Part shown: positions 60,895 to 64,000 of the stretch, piece after piece
Layout: each line of letters opens with the position of its first letter
Numbering within the stretch: position 1 is the first letter of the stretch
Source: Desulfobacterales bacterium
Lineage (GTDB): Bacteria > Desulfobacterota > Desulfobacteria > Desulfobacterales > JAFDDL01
Assembly: GCA_963677545.2 (NCBI GenBank)
Contig: CAXXKH010000048.1
Coordinates: forward strand, 11,048-75,047
Length of the DNA stretch: 64,000 nucleotides
Direction: 5' to 3'
Notes under the pieces: generated by a model
What the model was told of the DNA's origin: nothing
The model's database searches: none
Seen by the model: the letters and a program-made list of their open reading frames with translations, nothing else
Position numbers and translations under genes: made by a program

Positions 60895-61617
60895 ATGGAA
60901 GCACATATAACCGGCATCGGCTGGGTGACATCGAAGAACTCGGGGGGTCTCAAAGAGCTCGACACCTTTGAAATGACCACCGACCCGCTGCCGGATATTC
61001 CCATCGCCGACCTGGGGCCAGCCGCCCGGCGGATGGATGCCTATTCCAGGCTGGGAATGAGCGGCATACGCCACGCCCTCCGGGATGCCGGTCTCGTCGA
61101 ACGGCCAGAACTACAGGTCTCCACGAAAGGCACGAAAAACACGAAAACAGATTCCTACAAGAAGAAGCGCAACATCGGCATCGTTACCGCCACGCAATAC
61201 GCATGTCTCGACACCGACGTGGCCTATCACGGCACTGCCAGCCCGGCGCTCTTCTCCTACACCCTGCCGAATACGTTTCTTGGCGAGGCGGCGATCCACT
61301 TCGGCCTCACCGGCCCCACTTACGTTATCAACGGGAGAACGCCCCTCGATACCGGCGTTCTTGAAATGGCCCTTGACTCTATCTTCTTCGGTGAGACTGA
61401 TATGATGCTCTGCGGTGTTGTGAACCCGCCGCCGCCCCGGGCGCTGCCGGACGCACCGCCGGTTTCCCTTGGCGCACTCTTTTTCGTGGTTGAGCGACAA
61501 ACGGGGGAAAAACCTTCCTATGGTTCGGTTCGTTTTAACACAAAGGGTTTGATCGAGTTTGATGGCTCTGAAATCGGGGGGCTCGCAGAGCTTGTTCACC
61601 AGTGTAGGAAAAGATAG
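60895..61617 (+). CDS. Ketosynthase chain-length-factor-like protein
   Basis: ITGIG, RMD.YSRLG, SPALFSYTLPN, GP; catalytic Cys absent. Confidence 0.8.
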   Translation: MEAHITGIGWVTSKNSGGLKELDTFEMTTDPLPDIPIADLGPAARRMDAYSRLGMSGIRHALRDAGLVERPELQVSTKGTKNTKTDSYKKKRNIGIVTATQYACLDTDVAYHGTASPALFSYTLPNTFLGEAAIHFGLTGPTYVINGRTPLDTGVLEMALDSIFFGETDMMLCGVVNPPPPRALPDAPPVSLGALFFVVERQTGEKPSYGSVRFNTKGLIEFDGSEIGGLAELVHQCRKR

Positions 61618-61788
61618 CTGAATTATATCTCCACGAAAGAAATAGTCTCGCGCAAAGCCGCCAAGAGCGCAAAGAGAAAAATCTAATGAAGGGAAGGAAT
61701 TCCCCTGAACTCATACCAAGCTACTGGAGAAAGAGGTTTTTTAATGAGAATGAATTCCCCGTTTGATCACGATCAGTAACCAAATCCG

Positions 61789-62166
61789 TTATTCATCTTC
61801 AGCAAACCACCGGGCTACTTCGTCCATCGATTTGAAAACTTGAACGTAAATCGGAGGCTCATTCATTTCGGTAAAAACTTGCAGCATTCGTGCTATCCCG
61901 AATTCCAGGTCTCTTGAAGTGAGAAAAGCTGTTTTCCCGTCTTTTCTTTTTTCTACAAGATGTTTTACGGAATCGACTATTTGCCGGAACTGATCGCTGG
62001 CTATTTTATTAAGAAGAGCCTCGCTGAAATCCCATATGACATTTTTGGTCGGGTTGCCCGCATAAAACGCTCTGTTTGCAGACAACCCTTCTTCAAACGT
62101 TACTTCCCCGGTTACTATAAATCTTGTCAATTGTTTATCATTGTCGGTTTCAACTCTAATCGGCAT
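61789..62166 (-). CDS. Hypothetical protein (SpoIIAA/STAS-like fold)
   Basis: RBS AGGAGA before ATG 62166; IWDFS, KTA...DLEFG.ARM, F.S..EA..W pattern. Confidence 0.7.
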   Translation of the reverse strand: MPIRVETDNDKQLTRFIVTGEVTFEEGLSANRAFYAGNPTKNVIWDFSEALLNKIASDQFRQIVDSVKHLVEKRKDGKTAFLTSRDLEFGIARMLQVFTEMNEPPIYVQVFKSMDEVARWFAEDE

Positions 62167-62177
62167 AACATCTCCTG

Positions 62178-62807
62178 TTAATTTTTTCTGATACGCGGCT
62201 CGGTGCCCTGCCGGATTCTCCGGATGTTTGCGGCATGCCGGAAAAGGATAAAAATGAATATGAGCGTTGCAAGACCTGAAAAAATTACGGAATGGGTTCT
62301 GAAAGAGGTGAAAACCGGCAGGGCCGCGGCGAAGCAGATGGATGCGAGCGATACCATGCGCCGACGCCAGAGGGTCAGAAAGAAAACGGCCAGGGCAAGC
62401 CCACAGGCGACGGGAGAAATCATCAGAAAACACCCGATCGCCGTTGCAACCCCCTTCCCGCCCGAACGGCCCATGAAATACGCCGGATAGAGATGCCCGG
62501 CAAAAGCGAAGAATGCCGCGAGAGACACGAACAACTCCCAATGAAAAAAACTTTCAAACATGGGATACAGCCGCATCGCCAGGTAGACAGGCGTTGCCCC
62601 CTTCAGGACATCCCCGAGAAGCACCGCTGCCCCGAGCTGGTTCCCGGCAACCCGCCGTACATTGGTGGCGCCGACGTTGCCGCTGCCGAGCCGCCGGATA
62701 TCCTTGTCTGAAAACAGGCGGGTCAGCAGGATCCCCACCGGGATCGATCCCACGAGATAGGCCAGCAAAACCATACCGAGCAGCAATAAGAGTGTTAACC
62801 AGTTCAT
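62178..62807 (-). CDS. plsY: Glycerol-3-phosphate 1-O-acyltransferase
   Basis: YLVGSIP, GSGNVGATN..R, D.LKG, GH.YP, GGKGVAT, RH.ANI.R...G.E. Confidence 0.95.
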   Translation of the reverse strand: MNWLTLLLLLGMVLLAYLVGSIPVGILLTRLFSDKDIRRLGSGNVGATNVRRVAGNQLGAAVLLGDVLKGATPVYLAMRLYPMFESFFHWELFVSLAAFFAFAGHLYPAYFMGRSGGKGVATAIGCFLMISPVACGLALAVFFLTLWRRRMVSLASICFAAALPVFTSFRTHSVIFSGLATLIFIFILFRHAANIRRIRQGTEPRIRKN

Positions 62808-63086
62808 GGTCTATGCATACCATTTAGGCGCGGGAAAGGCTATAGGAAGCCAGGCGATTGCATGTAGGTCAACACCAGAAAGGAGTGCCTGAAGTTCCGG
62901 AGTCGTTTCATTACGCCTTTTAAATCAAACAGACAGAATATCAAAACTTTAGGCGCTTTAAACTTTTATCAATGCCATTCTTCCGACCCGAATGGCCGAG
63001 AAAAGCTTTTACACTTCCTATTCCGATATGTTAAAGCGCTTTCTTACAAAAGTGTATGAGAACAAAAAGAGGGATGCTCAAAACAA

Positions 63087-64000
63087 ATGAATGTTTATAT
63101 AAATGATATGACGGCGTTTCTGCCCAACGCTCCGGTTTCGAACGACGCCATCGAGGACGTACTTGGCAGGATAGATGGCTACCCTTCACGGCTGAAACGC
63201 ACAGTATTAAAAAACAACGGTATTAAAAACCGTTACTATGCCATCGACCCGGACACCGGGGAATGACCCACACCAACGCACAACTGGCGGCGGAAGCCGT
63301 AAAGCGACTGAAACCTTTCGATGACTACACAACGGATATTATCCAATGCCTCTGCTGCGGGACCACGAGCCCGGACCTGCTCCTGCCCGGTCACGGCCTG
63401 ATGGTCCAGGGGGAACTCGGTTTGCCGCCCTGTGAGGTGATTACCGGCGCCGGCATCTGCCTTTCGGGAATGATCGCCTTCAAGTATGCATATATGAACA
63501 TTGCCACCGGTATGTCGGAAAATGCCGTTTGTGTCGGTTCGGAACTCTCCTCTTCCTTCATGCGCTCCTCTTTCTTCTCCACCGTGCCAAAGGAAGGCGC
63601 CGATGTCGAAAAACGCCCTCTGCTTGCCTTTGACACCGATTTCCTGAGATGGATGCTCTCCGACGGCGCCGGCGCCGCATTTCTATCCGCGACGCCAAAT
63701 CCGGACAGGCTTTCCCTTCGGGTGGACTGGATGGATTACACGGCCTATGCGGGTGAATATGACACCTGCATGTACGCCGGCGGTATCAGGACCGAAGAGG
63801 GGCACCTGGTCGGGTGGCGGCACCTGAATGGAGACCCGGGAACAGACCGGATGTTTCCCATGGCTGTCAAGCAGGATATCCGCCAGCTCGACCGAAACAT
63901 CGTCGGGACCATGAAACGAACGCTCAAAACCTCTATCGCGAAGCATGGTCTTGCAGCCGATAAAATCGACTGGTTCCTGCCCCACTATTCATCCCTCTAT
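63087..64000 (+). pseudogene. darB: KAS III, DarB/StlD-like beta-ketoacyl-ACP synthase; frameshift at ~63263, 3' truncated by window edge
   Basis: MNVYIND..AFLPN.PVSN...LKNNGI..RYYAID then TGA at 63264; shifted frame continues THTNAQLAAEA, CGTTSPD..PGH, GICLSG, FLRWMLSDGAGA, FLPHYSS. Confidence 0.8.

Noticed and set aside
63264-63266. In-frame TGA as selenocysteine or read-through in the darB-like gene
   Set aside because: Homology continues in a different frame, so it is a frameshift, not recoding
1-64000. CRISPR array, tRNA or rRNA
   Set aside because: No regularly spaced repeat-spacer array, cas gene or cloverleaf noticed; repeats are dispersed. A tRNAscan/Infernal run would be needed to be certain

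Overview
Window from a Gram-negative anaerobe, most likely a Desulfobacterales-like deltaproteobacterium (inferred from gene content). The central ~42 kb (10.3-52.8 kb) is a cobalamin-regulated island with seven cobalamin riboswitches: two short + strand copies and five long - strand copies, four of them near-identical. They sit upstream of several TonB-dependent receptors, three BtuF-like binding proteins, an ABC importer, a stand-alone CobN-family chelatase and two ATP-driven low-potential reductase systems. One reductase is a nitrogenase-like NifH + D/K-type pair with six P-cluster-position cysteines; the other is a double-cubane (DCCP)-like protein with its activase. One riboswitch has no gene of its own and points antisense into a tetrapyrrole methylase gene that carries an apparent signal peptide. 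An ISNCY-type IS with 16-bp perfect TIRs separates another riboswitch from its radical SAM gene. A ~95-140 bp inverted-repeat element occurs five times, and two copies sit in frame inside signal-peptide coding regions. Also present: two attC-like sites without an integrase, a DUF2946 leader with an altered RGPP motif, two toxin-antitoxin pairs, a split dialkylresorcinol/aryl-polyene-like gene set, an MgdA-like oxidoreductase with ETF, several internally deleted pseudogenes, and single-base homopolymer frameshifts that may be sequencing errors. No rRNA, tRNA or CRISPR array was seen. All family assignments come from motif recognition by eye; no database searches were run.
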